32,928 nt of DNA from an uncultured Gammaproteobacteria bacterium (GCA_964562085.1 CAZLRS010000001.1:1-32928); one strand, 5' to 3'. Counted from the stretch's first letter, positions 16,625-25,460 are shown. A program made the numbers and translations. The notes: generated by a model from the letters alone, not told the origin.

Positions 16625-16648
16625 GTTACGTAGCATGCTACGTAACAA
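16623..16648. repeat. Perfect 26-nt palindrome
   Basis: TTGTTACGTAGCATGCTACGTAACAA. Self-complementarity checked base by base (core 16625-16646). Confidence 0.9.
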
Positions 16649-16787
16649 TGGATATAAAAATCAAGCCCACATAAAATAAATTTTTTGTTTTTGCTCCTCA
16701 CTTAATGCTGGATAGCATAATTGGTTGATAAATACCCCCCCCGTGTCCTTTTCAAAAACCATTTTTTTTGTTAAACTATAAAACATT

Positions 16788-18038
16788 ATGTTAAAATATT
16801 TTATTTACGTTCTGGGCTGCCAGATGAATTACGCCGATGCCGAGCGATTGGCATCGGTTTTGTCCGGCTTGGGCTATAAAAAATCTGTTGATGAAAAATC
16901 GGCCGACTTGGTTGCCGTGGTCGCTTGCTCGGTGCGCCAGGGGGCGGTTGACCGGATTTTTGGCAAGGCGCGGGACTGGCAAAAAAAGCGCCGGCAAGGT
17001 AAATTATTGACGATTTTGACCGGTTGCGTGCTGAAATCGGATGAAAAAACTTTGCGAGAAAAATTTGATTTGATTTTGAACATTAAAGATATCGGCAAAT
17101 TGCCGAAATTGTTAAAGGTCAAAGCCGTTAAAGAGCAGAAAAATTATTTTCATCTTGTTCCGCAACGCCAGTCAAAATTTCAGGCGGTGGTGCCGATTAT
17201 GACCGGCTGTAATAATTTTTGCGCTTATTGCGTCGTGCCTTATGTCCGCGGTCGGGAAATTTCCCGGCCGGCGACCGAGCTTATCCGGGAATGCCGGACT
17301 TTAATCAAAAACGGCTGCAAAGAAATTTTTTTGCTGGGTCAGAATGTCAATTCTTATAAAAGCGGACGTTATGATTTTCCGAAATTGCTGGCAAAAATTG
17401 ACCGGATAAAAGGGGATTGGTGGCTGCGATTCGCCACCAGCCACCCGAAAGATTTGTCCGCCGAGCTGATTGAAATCATGGCGCGAGGCGCGCATCTTAC
17501 GCCTTATCTCCAATTGCCGATTCAAGCGGGCGATAAGAAAATTTTAAAAGCCATGAATCGCAAATATACGCCGGCTCATTATTTAAAATTGGTTAAAGCG
17601 GTCCGGCAGGCGATTCCGGACGCGATGATTTCTACGGATGTTATCGTCGGTTTTCCGGGCGAGAGCCGAGAGCAATTTTTGAACACTGTGAAAATTTTTA
17701 AGCAAGTCCAGTTTGACATGGCCTATATCGCCCAATATTCCCCGCGCCAGCAAACTGTCGCTTTCAAACTGAAAGATGATGTGAGTAAAAAAGAAAAGAA
17801 ACGGCGCTGGCAGATTTTGAACGAAACTTTGAAAATTACGGCTTTGGCGCGAAATAAAAAGTTAGTCAGCCAAACTTTGCGGGTTTTAGTGGAAGAATGC
17901 AAAAACGACCAATGTTCGGGCAAAACCGACACGTTCAAGACCGCGATTTTCCCCGGTCGAAAAAATTTAATCGGCCGATTTGCGGAAATAAAAATCAACC
18001 GCGTTGACAGCTGGGGCTTATTTGGCGAAAAAAAATGA
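16788..18038 (+). CDS. miaB: tRNA-i6A37 methylthiotransferase (radical SAM MTTase, MiaB-like)
   Basis: MTTase N-domain YVLGCQMNYADAE, radical-SAM cluster CNNFCAYCVVPYVRGRE, and a TRAM-like C-terminus. Assignment to MiaB rather than RimO/MtaB rests on the N-terminal motif and the neighbouring miaA. Confidence 0.8.
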   Translation: MLKYFIYVLGCQMNYADAERLASVLSGLGYKKSVDEKSADLVAVVACSVRQGAVDRIFGKARDWQKKRRQGKLLTILTGCVLKSDEKTLREKFDLILNIKDIGKLPKLLKVKAVKEQKNYFHLVPQRQSKFQAVVPIMTGCNNFCAYCVVPYVRGREISRPATELIRECRTLIKNGCKEIFLLGQNVNSYKSGRYDFPKLLAKIDRIKGDWWLRFATSHPKDLSAELIEIMARGAHLTPYLQLPIQAGDKKILKAMNRKYTPAHYLKLVKAVRQAIPDAMISTDVIVGFPGESREQFLNTVKIFKQVQFDMAYIAQYSPRQQTVAFKLKDDVSKKEKKRRWQILNETLKITALARNKKLVSQTLRVLVEECKNDQCSGKTDTFKTAIFPGRKNLIGRFAEIKINRVDSWGLFGEKK

Positions 18039-18065
18039 GGCCTATTTTTTTAGACCTCATTGGCT

Positions 18066-18938
18066 TTACTGAGTGATGAAACCGACAAACCGGCCGGTAT
18101 TGGCGCCTTCTTTCCGGTGGGAAAAGAAAAGCCGCTCATGATTATTTTTGGTGCAGCAGGTATTGAGTCCATCGATTAATTCAATATTTTCCGGATTGTA
18201 GCCGTTGGCTTCCATAATCAAAGCGAAAATCGCGTCTTTCAAATTAATGTGATTGCCATCGGGAAAGATTGAATCAGTTGGAAAAAGAGGCGGTATGATT
18301 TTTTCCATTTGCGCCACCACCTCCGGACCGACCTCAAAACATTTGGGACAGATACCGGGACCGATGGCGAAGTTGATGTCGGATTTGTGAAAGCCGAGAT
18401 CCTCAAAACTGCTGACGAATTCTTTAATGATTCCGCCGACAGTTGATCGCCAGCCACAATGCGCAATGCCGATAGCCGGCTGGTTATCATTTTTAGCTCC
18501 GGCAACCAATATGGGGCAATCCGCTGATGTTGCAACCAGGCAAATATTTTTTTGCCTCGTTACTATCGCGTCGCTTTTTTCTTCCGGTCGGCAAACCCTT
18601 ATTCTCTTGCGGCCCAAGGGAATCGTTTGAATTAACTGAAGGGTCGTGTTATTTTTCAGAGTTAGAACATTGGCGCCATGCTCGCCGTTGACAAACACTG
18701 CTTGTCCGACCTTGGATTTAACCTCGCCGCTTAAAACGTCAATCATTGCTTGTTGGCTTTGACGCGGCGCGTCTTTTCCGGGAGTGGCATCCCTGAACGG
18801 CCGAAAATTCCCAGTGCGCCTGCTGGTAAAGCCGGCGTACCATTCCCGGCTTAATTCCGGAAAAAGAGTGACGCATTTCTTTTCGCAGTGAGTGATGTTG
18901 ATCATTTTTTCCGTAACTTTGATCATCTTGACCTCCAT
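18066..18938 (-). CDS. pgeF: YfiH/PgeF family (DUF152) purine nucleoside phosphorylase / peptidoglycan editing factor
   Basis: SADCPILV, IAHCGWRSTVGG, and C-terminal FFSHRKEGANTGRFVGFI match the family His-Cys-His signature region. The start among M1/M5/M12 is uncertain. Confidence 0.8.
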   Translation of the reverse strand: MEVKMIKVTEKMINITHCEKKCVTLFPELSREWYAGFTSRRTGNFRPFRDATPGKDAPRQSQQAMIDVLSGEVKSKVGQAVFVNGEHGANVLTLKNNTTLQLIQTIPLGRKRIRVCRPEEKSDAIVTRQKNICLVATSADCPILVAGAKNDNQPAIGIAHCGWRSTVGGIIKEFVSSFEDLGFHKSDINFAIGPGICPKCFEVGPEVVAQMEKIIPPLFPTDSIFPDGNHINLKDAIFALIMEANGYNPENIELIDGLNTCCTKNNHERLFFSHRKEGANTGRFVGFITQ

Positions 18939-18991
18939 AAATAAATTGTTTAAAGTTCAATTACGTTTTATCTTAATCTTTTTAAAGCTTT

Positions 18992-19900
18992 ATGTCAAGC
19001 AATAAATTAGTTGTGATTTTAGGCCCGACGGCGTGCGGTAAAACCAAATTGGCCGCCGGTTTGGCGGGAAGATTCAACGGCGAAATCGTCTCGGCCGATT
19101 CGCGCCAAGTTTATCGCGGTATGGATATTGGCACCGGCAAGGACTTGGCCGATTATCGCGCCGGCCGGCAGAAAATTCTTTATCATCTAATAGACATCAT
19201 CAGCCCCAAAACCGCGTTCAGCGTCGCCAAATACCAGCTATTGGCTTATCAGGCGATTAACCGCATTTTAGAGCGGGGGAAGCTGCCGATTCTGGCGGGC
19301 GGCACCGGGTTGTATTTGGACGCGGTGATTTTCGGTTATCAAATGCCGGCGGAAAAAGGCGATGCTAAAATCATCCGGAAAAAATTGGAAAAATTAACGC
19401 TCCCTCGATTGCTGGCGCGGTTAAAAGCCGTGGACGCGAAGACCTATAAAATTATTGACCGAAAAAATCGTCGGCGGGTTCAGCGCGCGTTGGAAATTTT
19501 TTACGCCACCGGCCGGCCGAAATCAGCCCAATTGAAAAAACAAAAACCGCCATATCAAATTTTAGTTTTGGGCGTTAAATTTCCGCTGGAGAAGATTTAT
19601 GAGCGGATTGACCGGCGGTTGGAAAAAAGAATCAATGAGGGGATGATTCAGGAAGTGAAAAAATTAAGGCAACGGGGCGTGAGCTGGAAACGGCTGGATG
19701 AATTCGGCTTGGAATATCGCTGGGTTTCAAGATATTTGCGCGGCCAAATTGATTATCAAGCGATGGTGGCGGAATTAAAAAAAGCCATTCATCATTTTGC
19801 CAAACGCCAGCTCACTTGGTTCAAGCGCAATCCGGATATTGTCTGGGTGGAAAATAAAATTGAAGCGCAAAAGAAAATTGAAAAATTTATGCGAAAATAA
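18992..19900 (+). CDS. miaA: tRNA dimethylallyltransferase
   Basis: VVILGPTACGKTKLA P-loop, ISADSRQVYRGMDIGTGK, and AKRQLTWFKR. Confidence 0.95.
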   Translation: MSSNKLVVILGPTACGKTKLAAGLAGRFNGEIVSADSRQVYRGMDIGTGKDLADYRAGRQKILYHLIDIISPKTAFSVAKYQLLAYQAINRILERGKLPILAGGTGLYLDAVIFGYQMPAEKGDAKIIRKKLEKLTLPRLLARLKAVDAKTYKIIDRKNRRRVQRALEIFYATGRPKSAQLKKQKPPYQILVLGVKFPLEKIYERIDRRLEKRINEGMIQEVKKLRQRGVSWKRLDEFGLEYRWVSRYLRGQIDYQAMVAELKKAIHHFAKRQLTWFKRNPDIVWVENKIEAQKKIEKFMRK

Positions 19901-19902
19901 AA

Positions 19903-19924
19903 CCTCCCGCGTTGCGGGGGTTTT
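19903..19924. terminator. Bidirectional rho-independent terminator between convergent miaA and the 19923-20339 gene
   Basis: CCTCCCGC-GTT-GCGGGGG flanked by an A-run upstream and TTTT downstream. Confidence 0.65.
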
Positions 19925-20339
19925 AGTAGGGTAATTTCGGCCGGCTTGGCGTCCGAGACGCCGGATCCAAAATTTCCTGCCGGCTCTCCAATACCCGGTC
20001 GTGTTTCAGGCTGTCAATGCTCATCCGTTTCACTCGTTCCTTTTTCAGATAATTGTTGATCGCGATTTTCGGATTTTGATCAAAGCCGTAAATTTTTTCT
20101 TTACTCAAATGATTTAAAACCTGCTCCATTTTATATTTGGGCAGGGCTTTATTTTCTTTAACCAAGCCGTTGATTTTTTTGGGGTCAAAACCGGCGTTGG
20201 TTAAAGTTTTTTGGATTTGATCGCGAACCGAAGAGGGCAAAATCGTTTTACCCGATTTTTGTTTATAAATATCGGCCAGCTTAATGGCTTTGGGTGTAAA
20301 TTTTTGCGCCAGCGTTTCGCGCGGGGAAAATAATGGCAT
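19923..20339 (-). CDS. Hypothetical protein
   Basis: 138-aa ORF, Lys-rich and helical. No recognisable motif. Confidence 0.55.
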   Translation of the reverse strand: MPLFSPRETLAQKFTPKAIKLADIYKQKSGKTILPSSVRDQIQKTLTNAGFDPKKINGLVKENKALPKYKMEQVLNHLSKEKIYGFDQNPKIAINNYLKKERVKRMSIDSLKHDRVLESRQEILDPASRTPSRPKLPY

Positions 20340-20352
20340 AAATTATATAATT

Positions 20353-20460
20353 GAAGTTCAAAGCTCAAATATCAAAGTTCAAATCAAGCTCAAAATCCAA
20401 ATGACAAAATTTTGAACTTTGAGCTTAAAGCATTGATTTGAAATTTGAACTTTGGATTTT
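20353..20460. repeat. Array of 8-nt AG(T/C)TCAAA units, four direct then three inverted, forming a long imperfect palindrome
   Basis: Direct units: AAGTTCAAAGCTCAAA (20354-20369), CAAAGTTCAAA (20373-20383), CAAGCTCAAAA (20385-20395). Inverted units: TTTGAACTTTGAGCTT (20411-20426), ATTTGAACTTTGGATTTT (20443-20460). Confidence 0.75.
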
Positions 20461-21991
20461 ATTTATTATTTAGTTTATTTTTCAACAATTCATTTATTAC
20501 TTGCGGATTCGCCTTGCCTTTGGTTGCGGCCATGGTTTGGCCGACCAGGAATTTAAAGGCGTTTTCCTTGCCCGCCCTGTAATCCTCAATCGCTCTTTGA
20601 TTTTTTGCTAAAATTTCCTCAATGATTTTTGCCAATTCTTCGGCGTTGTCAATCTGCCCCAATTGTTTTTCTTCCATAATCGCCGACGGGTCGCCGCCAG
20701 TCTGAAACATTTCGCCCAATAAATTTTGCGCGCCCAAATTATTGATTTTATTGCGGTAAATCAAAGTGATAAATTCGGCGAAATTTTCCGGCGTGATTTT
20801 GCATTCGTTGATGGCGATTTTTTCTTCGTTCAGATGTTTGAATAAGCGGTTGATCAGCCAGTTGCTGATGATTTTCACCAGCTTTTTGCCTTCCCGCTCC
20901 CAGATTTCTTCTTCGGTGCCTTCCACTTCCGGCAAAGAAGCGAGCCAGCCGACCAATTCGGAAATCACTTTTTCCGCGTAATCGGCCAGCGCTTGGTCGC
21001 TAATAATGATTTTCGCGTTTTCATAATCAAATTGATATTGGTTGATGAGCCGTTCCAATTTTTGTTGGGGCAATTCCGGCAAAGTCGCCCTCAATTCTTG
21101 AATTAGCTCTTCGGAAATTTCCAACGGCGGCAAATCCGGCTCCGGAAAATAACGGTAGTCGGCGGCGGTTTCTTTAATCCGCTGGGTAAAAGTTTTTTGG
21201 CCGGCTTCGTCCCAGCCCCGAGTTTCTTGGACCAGTTTTTCTTCCGCTTCAATCGCTTTGGTTTGGCGCTTGATTTCATATTCAATCGCCCGTTCCAGCG
21301 AACGGAACGAGTTGATGTTTTTCAATTCCACTTTCGGATTCAATTTGTATTCCATCAACGGCCTCACTTCGCCGTTGTCAATCACGAATCGTCCGGCTTC
21401 TTGCACTGAAACATTGGCCTCGCACCGCATCTGTCCGTTTTCCATGTCCGCTTCGGAAATTTTCAGGTATCGCAAAATTTGCTGATACAGCTGGCAGAAT
21501 TCCTTGGCTTCTTTCGCCGATTCAATCGTCGGCTCGGTGACTAATTCCATCAATGGCGTGCCGGCTCGGCTTAAATCAACCAAAGCGCCATCGGCGGCGT
21601 GGATTAGTTTGCCGGTGTCTTCTTCCAAATGGATTCTGATAATCCCGATTTCTTTCCGACCGATTTTCAGTTTGCCTTTGAAAGTTAAGGGCTGGTCGTA
21701 TTGAGAAATTTGATAGCCCTTGGGCAAGTCGGGATAAAAATAATTTTTGCGGTCAAATTTGGTGAAGCGGGCGATTTCCGATTCCAAAGCCAGGCCCGTG
21801 AGAATCGTCCAAAGCACGGCTTGGCGATTGATGGCCGGCAACGAACCGGGCTGGCCGAGGCAAACCGGGCAGATGTTCTCGTTCGGCTTGGCTTGCAGAT
21901 TATAGCCGTTCCGGCAGGAGCAAAACATCTTGGATTCGGTTTTGAGTTCAGCGTGGATTTCCATGCCGATCACGGGAATATAGTTGGGCAT
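20459..21991 (-). CDS. gatB: Aspartyl/glutamyl-tRNA amidotransferase subunit B
   Basis: IGMEIHAELKTESKMFCSC, CPVCLGQPGSLP, and a C-terminal GatB/YqeY tail (FKFLVGQTMAATKGKANP). Confidence 0.95.
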   Translation of the reverse strand: MPNYIPVIGMEIHAELKTESKMFCSCRNGYNLQAKPNENICPVCLGQPGSLPAINRQAVLWTILTGLALESEIARFTKFDRKNYFYPDLPKGYQISQYDQPLTFKGKLKIGRKEIGIIRIHLEEDTGKLIHAADGALVDLSRAGTPLMELVTEPTIESAKEAKEFCQLYQQILRYLKISEADMENGQMRCEANVSVQEAGRFVIDNGEVRPLMEYKLNPKVELKNINSFRSLERAIEYEIKRQTKAIEAEEKLVQETRGWDEAGQKTFTQRIKETAADYRYFPEPDLPPLEISEELIQELRATLPELPQQKLERLINQYQFDYENAKIIISDQALADYAEKVISELVGWLASLPEVEGTEEEIWEREGKKLVKIISNWLINRLFKHLNEEKIAINECKITPENFAEFITLIYRNKINNLGAQNLLGEMFQTGGDPSAIMEEKQLGQIDNAEELAKIIEEILAKNQRAIEDYRAGKENAFKFLVGQTMAATKGKANPQVINELLKNKLNNK

Positions 21992-22043
21992 AAAATGGAA
22001 TTTTAAGTTTTGGTTATTATTGATATTTTACCTGTTTTGGCAT

Positions 22044-22075
22044 TAAAAAACAAGCCCTGATTTTAATCAGGGCTT
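22044..22075 (-). terminator. Rho-independent terminator after tmk
   Basis: AGCCCTGA ... TCAGGGCT stem (22053-22074). On the minus strand it is followed by the T-run complementary to A6 at 22045-22050. Confidence 0.7.
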
Positions 22076-22100
22076 AGGTTCAAATCAATAATTTTTTGAT

Positions 22101-22757
22101 TTAAACGGCTTGTTTTGCGACTTGCCAGATTTTTTCATGAATCTCCTCGGGTGTGAAAATTGAATTTTTATCCGGACAGCATTCAATTTTTTTCCAGCCG
22201 AATTTTTCCGTTGCCCACAAAGCTGTCGCCTCAACTTTTTTAACGTAAGCCGGGTCGGTTTCATGGCCGTCTTTTATCCGGCCTTGTTTTTCCATCATCA
22301 TATCGGCAACGGCGGGGAAGACATGAAGATAAATCACCAAATCCGGCCGAGGCACTCGCAACAGTCCGAATTCCAGCTCGTCCAAAAAAGCAATCAGCCG
22401 GTCGCGCGCCTCGCCGTCGGTTTTGGCGCCTTGATGAATAGTGTTGGCGGTATGGAAACGGTCGGAAATAATGATTTTGCCTTCCGCCAGCCACTGGTTG
22501 ATTTTTTCTTTGCTTTCAAACCGGTCCAAGCAATACAAAACTCCGGCCAGCTCCGGTTTTATTGCCGTCGGCTGGCCGAATTGGCCGTCCAGATAAGCGC
22601 GAATAATTTGGCCGTAAAAATTATTTTGGCATTGGGGGAAGTCGATAGTTTCTACCGGCTGGCCGTCTTGCTTAAGCCGGCCGACGAGCATGGCGGTCTG
22701 CGTTTTTTTGCCGCTCCCGTCCCCGCCTTCAATCACGATTAGTTTTCCTTGAGGCAT
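22101..22757 (-). CDS. tmk: Thymidylate (dTMP) kinase
   Basis: LIVIEGGDGSGKKTQ P-loop, the SDRFHTANTIHQ (DR motif) region, and typical length. Confidence 0.85.
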   Translation of the reverse strand: MPQGKLIVIEGGDGSGKKTQTAMLVGRLKQDGQPVETIDFPQCQNNFYGQIIRAYLDGQFGQPTAIKPELAGVLYCLDRFESKEKINQWLAEGKIIISDRFHTANTIHQGAKTDGEARDRLIAFLDELEFGLLRVPRPDLVIYLHVFPAVADMMMEKQGRIKDGHETDPAYVKKVEATALWATEKFGWKKIECCPDKNSIFTPEEIHEKIWQVAKQAV

Positions 22758-22834
22758 AATTTGAATTTTTAATTTCCAATTTTACAATTTTACAATAAAT
22801 TTTCAATTTTTAATTTTTAAACATTAAAGCATTT

Positions 22835-22882
22835 GATTGCTTAGCAATCATCCTGCCTTGGCGGGATGCCAGCAAAGCTGGC
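22835..22882. other. Three abutting GC-rich hairpins in an AT-rich spacer (candidate structured RNA or REP-like element)
   Basis: GATTGC-TTA-GCAATC (22835-22849). ATCCTGC-CTTG-GCGGGAT (22850-22867, one G-U). GCCAGC-AAA-GCTGGC (22868-22882). No spacing between them. Confidence 0.6.
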
Positions 22883-22917
22883 AATTGTTTAGGAATTAAA
22901 AATTAAAAATTAGAAAT

Positions 22918-23469
22918 TTATCTAATCTTTTTCAAAATTTCTTCTATTTGTTTATAGAGTTCTTCAAAGGTGCCATTATTGTCAATCGTGTATTTGGCTT
23001 TTTTCGCCAATTGGCGGATTTGAGTTTCGGTCGGCAATTTGGCGTCGGTTAAAAATTGTTTCCAAGTTTTATTTTTATCATCCGTATTCTGGCGGCGTTT
23101 GGTCAAGCGTTCATAGCGAGTTTTTTGTTCGGCCGAAATCGCGACCAGGACAAAACCGGGTTCTTTTTTTAGATAGGCGATGTCGCTTTCCAGCCGGACA
23201 TTGGGCAGACAGAGTATTTTTTTTCGGCTGATTTTCACTTCCTCGGCGATGGTTTGCGCTAAGACCGTCTGGCCGAAGCGCGCGCGTAAATCAATGCCGA
23301 GGTTGGCCATGTTTTCTCGCGTCTGCGGGAGATGCAGGCGATCCAAAATATCCCTTAACGGTTGGGAAAAACTCACGGTTTCCGACTGATGTTTTTTCTT
23401 TAAGTATTCCGCGACCGTGTCTTTGCCGGAGGCGATTTCGCCGACTAAGCCGATGATAATTTTTTTCAT
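22918..23469 (-). CDS. P-loop nucleotide kinase-like protein (dephospho-CoA kinase / dNMP kinase-like)
   Basis: IIGLVGEIASGKDTVAEYL Walker A at the N-terminus, 183 aa. It lies 1 nt downstream of dCMP deaminase and upstream of tmk. Substrate not assignable. Confidence 0.6.
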   Translation of the reverse strand: MKKIIIGLVGEIASGKDTVAEYLKKKHQSETVSFSQPLRDILDRLHLPQTRENMANLGIDLRARFGQTVLAQTIAEEVKISRKKILCLPNVRLESDIAYLKKEPGFVLVAISAEQKTRYERLTKRRQNTDDKNKTWKQFLTDAKLPTETQIRQLAKKAKYTIDNNGTFEELYKQIEEILKKIR

Positions 23470-23470
23470 A

Positions 23471-24073
23471 TTAGTTTAGGCCTAATTTTTTATTGATATC
23501 TTCGCCGTATTTGTATTGGTCGTCAATAATGTCCCTTTCCTGCCATTCTTCGGTCCAATCGGCGACGGAAAATTCTTTGATGGCGCCATCGCGCATTTGC
23601 GAATAAATTTTATTTAAGCCGGCGTTGATAATCATTCTTTTACAGAAGTAGCAGGGGATGGCGTCAATCAGCTCGCCGGTTTCAGCCCTTTCGCCGTAAA
23701 TATAAATATCGCCTCCGAATAAGCTCACGCCGGCGCGGGCGGAATTAATAATGGCGTTTTGTTCGGCGTGAACCGACCGGCACATTTCATAGCGCTGGCC
23801 GTGGGGGATTTTTAATTCTTCTCGCAGGCAGTTGCCTCGTTCCAGGCAGTCCCTCGTGCCTCGAGGCGCGCCAATATAGCCGCCGGCGACGATTTGGTCG
23901 CCTCTAACGATAATGGCGCCGATGCGGTTGCGAAAACAGGCGCATCTTTGCGCCACGGCTTTGGCGATGCCGATATAATAGCTCACTTTGTCTAACCGAG
24001 TTGGTTTGTCCACGGGGATGAAATTATGAATACGGATACATTGTAGCATAAAAATATGAAAATCGGAAAACAT
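23471..24073 (-). CDS. Deoxycytidylate (dCMP) deaminase, ComEB-like
   Basis: Zinc motifs HAEQNAI and PCYFCKRMIINAG. The N-terminal 20 aa are atypical, so the true start may be downstream (a GTG at VDKPTR follows an internal TACAAT box). Confidence 0.85.
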   Translation of the reverse strand: MFSDFHIFMLQCIRIHNFIPVDKPTRLDKVSYYIGIAKAVAQRCACFRNRIGAIIVRGDQIVAGGYIGAPRGTRDCLERGNCLREELKIPHGQRYEMCRSVHAEQNAIINSARAGVSLFGGDIYIYGERAETGELIDAIPCYFCKRMIINAGLNKIYSQMRDGAIKEFSVADWTEEWQERDIIDDQYKYGEDINKKLGLN

Positions 24074-24116
24074 TTATTGGGCTGGTAACTGGTAACCGGT
24101 AACTTGGTTTTTTAAT

Positions 24117-24153
24117 CAAAAAACCACCCACGACCTATGTCGGGGTGGTTTTT
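24117..24153. terminator. Bidirectional rho-independent terminator after rplA
   Basis: AAAAAACCACCCACGAC-CTAT-GTCGGGGTGGTTTTT, a long stem with one bulge. An A-run precedes it and a T-run follows. Confidence 0.75.
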
Positions 24154-24164
24154 AAAAAATATAT

Positions 24165-24866
24165 TTATTTGTTTATTTCCACTTTAATTCCCGGACCCAT
24201 GGTGCTGGACAAAGAAATATTTTCAATGTAAGCGCCCTTAATTGTGGCCGGCTTAACTTTTTTCAAGCTTTCAAAAAAAGCGTTGAAATTTTCAATCAGC
24301 TTTTGGGTGTCAAAAGATGCTTTGCCGATTGTGACGTGGACATTGCCGGTGTCGTCGTTTTTGTAATTCACTTGGCCCTTTTTTAGATTCGCCACCGCTT
24401 CGGCGATTTTTTCCGTGACGGTGCCGTCTTTCGGATTCGGCATCATGCCTTTTGGGCCTAAAATTTTCGCGACCGGCGCCAAATCCTTCATCGCGCTTGG
24501 CGCGGCAACCAAAATGTCAAAATTGATTTTGCCGTTTTTGATTTCTTCAATTAGTTCTTTGTCACCGACTAAATCCGCGCCGGCGGTTTTGGCGTTTTTC
24601 TGCTGTTCGGCGTCGGCGGTGAAAACCGCCACTTTAACGGTTTTGCCGGTGCCATGGGGCAAGCCGATTGAGCTTCTGATTTGCTGGTCGCCCTTTTTAA
24701 CGTCAATATTCAATTTGACATGGACTTCAATACTGGAATCAAATTTAACGCTGGCGGTTTTTTTCGCCAATTCAATCGCTTCGGCGATCGGATAAGTTTT
24801 TTTGGCGTCCACCATCGCTCCGGCTTCCTTGAATCTTTTGGAAGCGCTGTGTTCAACTTTTTTCAT
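24165..24866 (-). CDS. rplA: 50S ribosomal protein L1
   Basis: 233 aa with SKRFKEAGAMVDAKKTYPIAEAIELAKK, LPHGTGKTVKVAVF and GPKGMMPNPKDGTVT. Confidence 0.95.
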   Translation of the reverse strand: MKKVEHSASKRFKEAGAMVDAKKTYPIAEAIELAKKTASVKFDSSIEVHVKLNIDVKKGDQQIRSSIGLPHGTGKTVKVAVFTADAEQQKNAKTAGADLVGDKELIEEIKNGKINFDILVAAPSAMKDLAPVAKILGPKGMMPNPKDGTVTEKIAEAVANLKKGQVNYKNDDTGNVHVTIGKASFDTQKLIENFNAFFESLKKVKPATIKGAYIENISLSSTMGPGIKVEINK

Positions 24867-25020
24867 ACGTTTGGTGATTGCGTGGTTTTAGCGAATTGCC
24901 GACTAAGCAACTCTCCCACTTCGCCTCGCCGTAGTTCCGATGCATATCGGAACGAAGGCGGGCTTTAGTTTATAAGGCTATAAAGAGTTTATAAAGTTTT
25001 TTTGTAACTTTATGAACTTT

Positions 25021-25446
25021 TTAACTTTTAACTTCCACTCCCATCTGCCGCGCGGTGCCGGCGATGATTTTGACCGCCGCGTCCAAATCCCGAGTATTCA
25101 AATCGGGCATTTTGATTTTAGCGATTTCCTCGGCTTGCGCTCTGGTAATCGCGCCCGCTTTTTCTTTCAACGGTTTGCCCGAGCCCTTTTTAATGCCGGC
25201 CGCTTTTTTGATCAATTCGGCCGCGGGCGGAGTTTTTAAAATAAAAGTATAAGTGCGATCCTCAAAAACCGTGATTTCCACCGGTGTGATGTCGCCCCCT
25301 TTATCTTTCGTCGCTTCGTTGAATTTTTGGCAGAATTCGGCGATGTTTAAGCCGTGCTGGCCTAAAGCCGGACCGACCGGCGGCGCGGGATTGGCCGCTC
25401 CGGCCGGAATTTGCAATTTGATGATTGTTTTTATTTTTTTGGCCAT
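25021..25446 (-). CDS. rplK: 50S ribosomal protein L11
   Basis: [32 protein letters not shown]. The ATG at 25446 is preferred over the ORF-track start at 25467. Confidence 0.95.
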   Translation of the reverse strand: MAKKIKTIIKLQIPAGAANPAPPVGPALGQHGLNIAEFCQKFNEATKDKGGDITPVEITVFEDRTYTFILKTPPAAELIKKAAGIKKGSGKPLKEKAGAITRAQAEEIAKIKMPDLNTRDLDAAVKIIAGTARQMGVEVKS

Positions 25447-25460
25447 ACTACTATGATTAA

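Noticed and set aside
18036-18038. Possibility of an alternative genetic code with TGA reassigned, as in some candidate phyla.
   Set aside because: TGA terminates conserved proteins at their expected lengths (miaB at 18036-18038 and the HtrA-like gene). Long conserved genes such as dnaE, gatB and rarA contain no in-frame TGA.
18035-18060. Hairpin ATGAGG...CCTCAT between convergent miaB and pgeF, considered as an intrinsic terminator.
   Set aside because: The T7 run lies in the loop, not after the stem. The stem is only 6 bp, so it is not a canonical terminator.
22263-22742. 159-aa plus-strand ORF, and the 77-aa minus-strand ORF at 22261-22494.
   Set aside because: Both overlap tmk, which has the P-loop and the expected length. 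They are off-frame or antisense shadows.
24415-24795. 126-aa plus-strand ORF.
   Set aside because: It is antisense to rplA.
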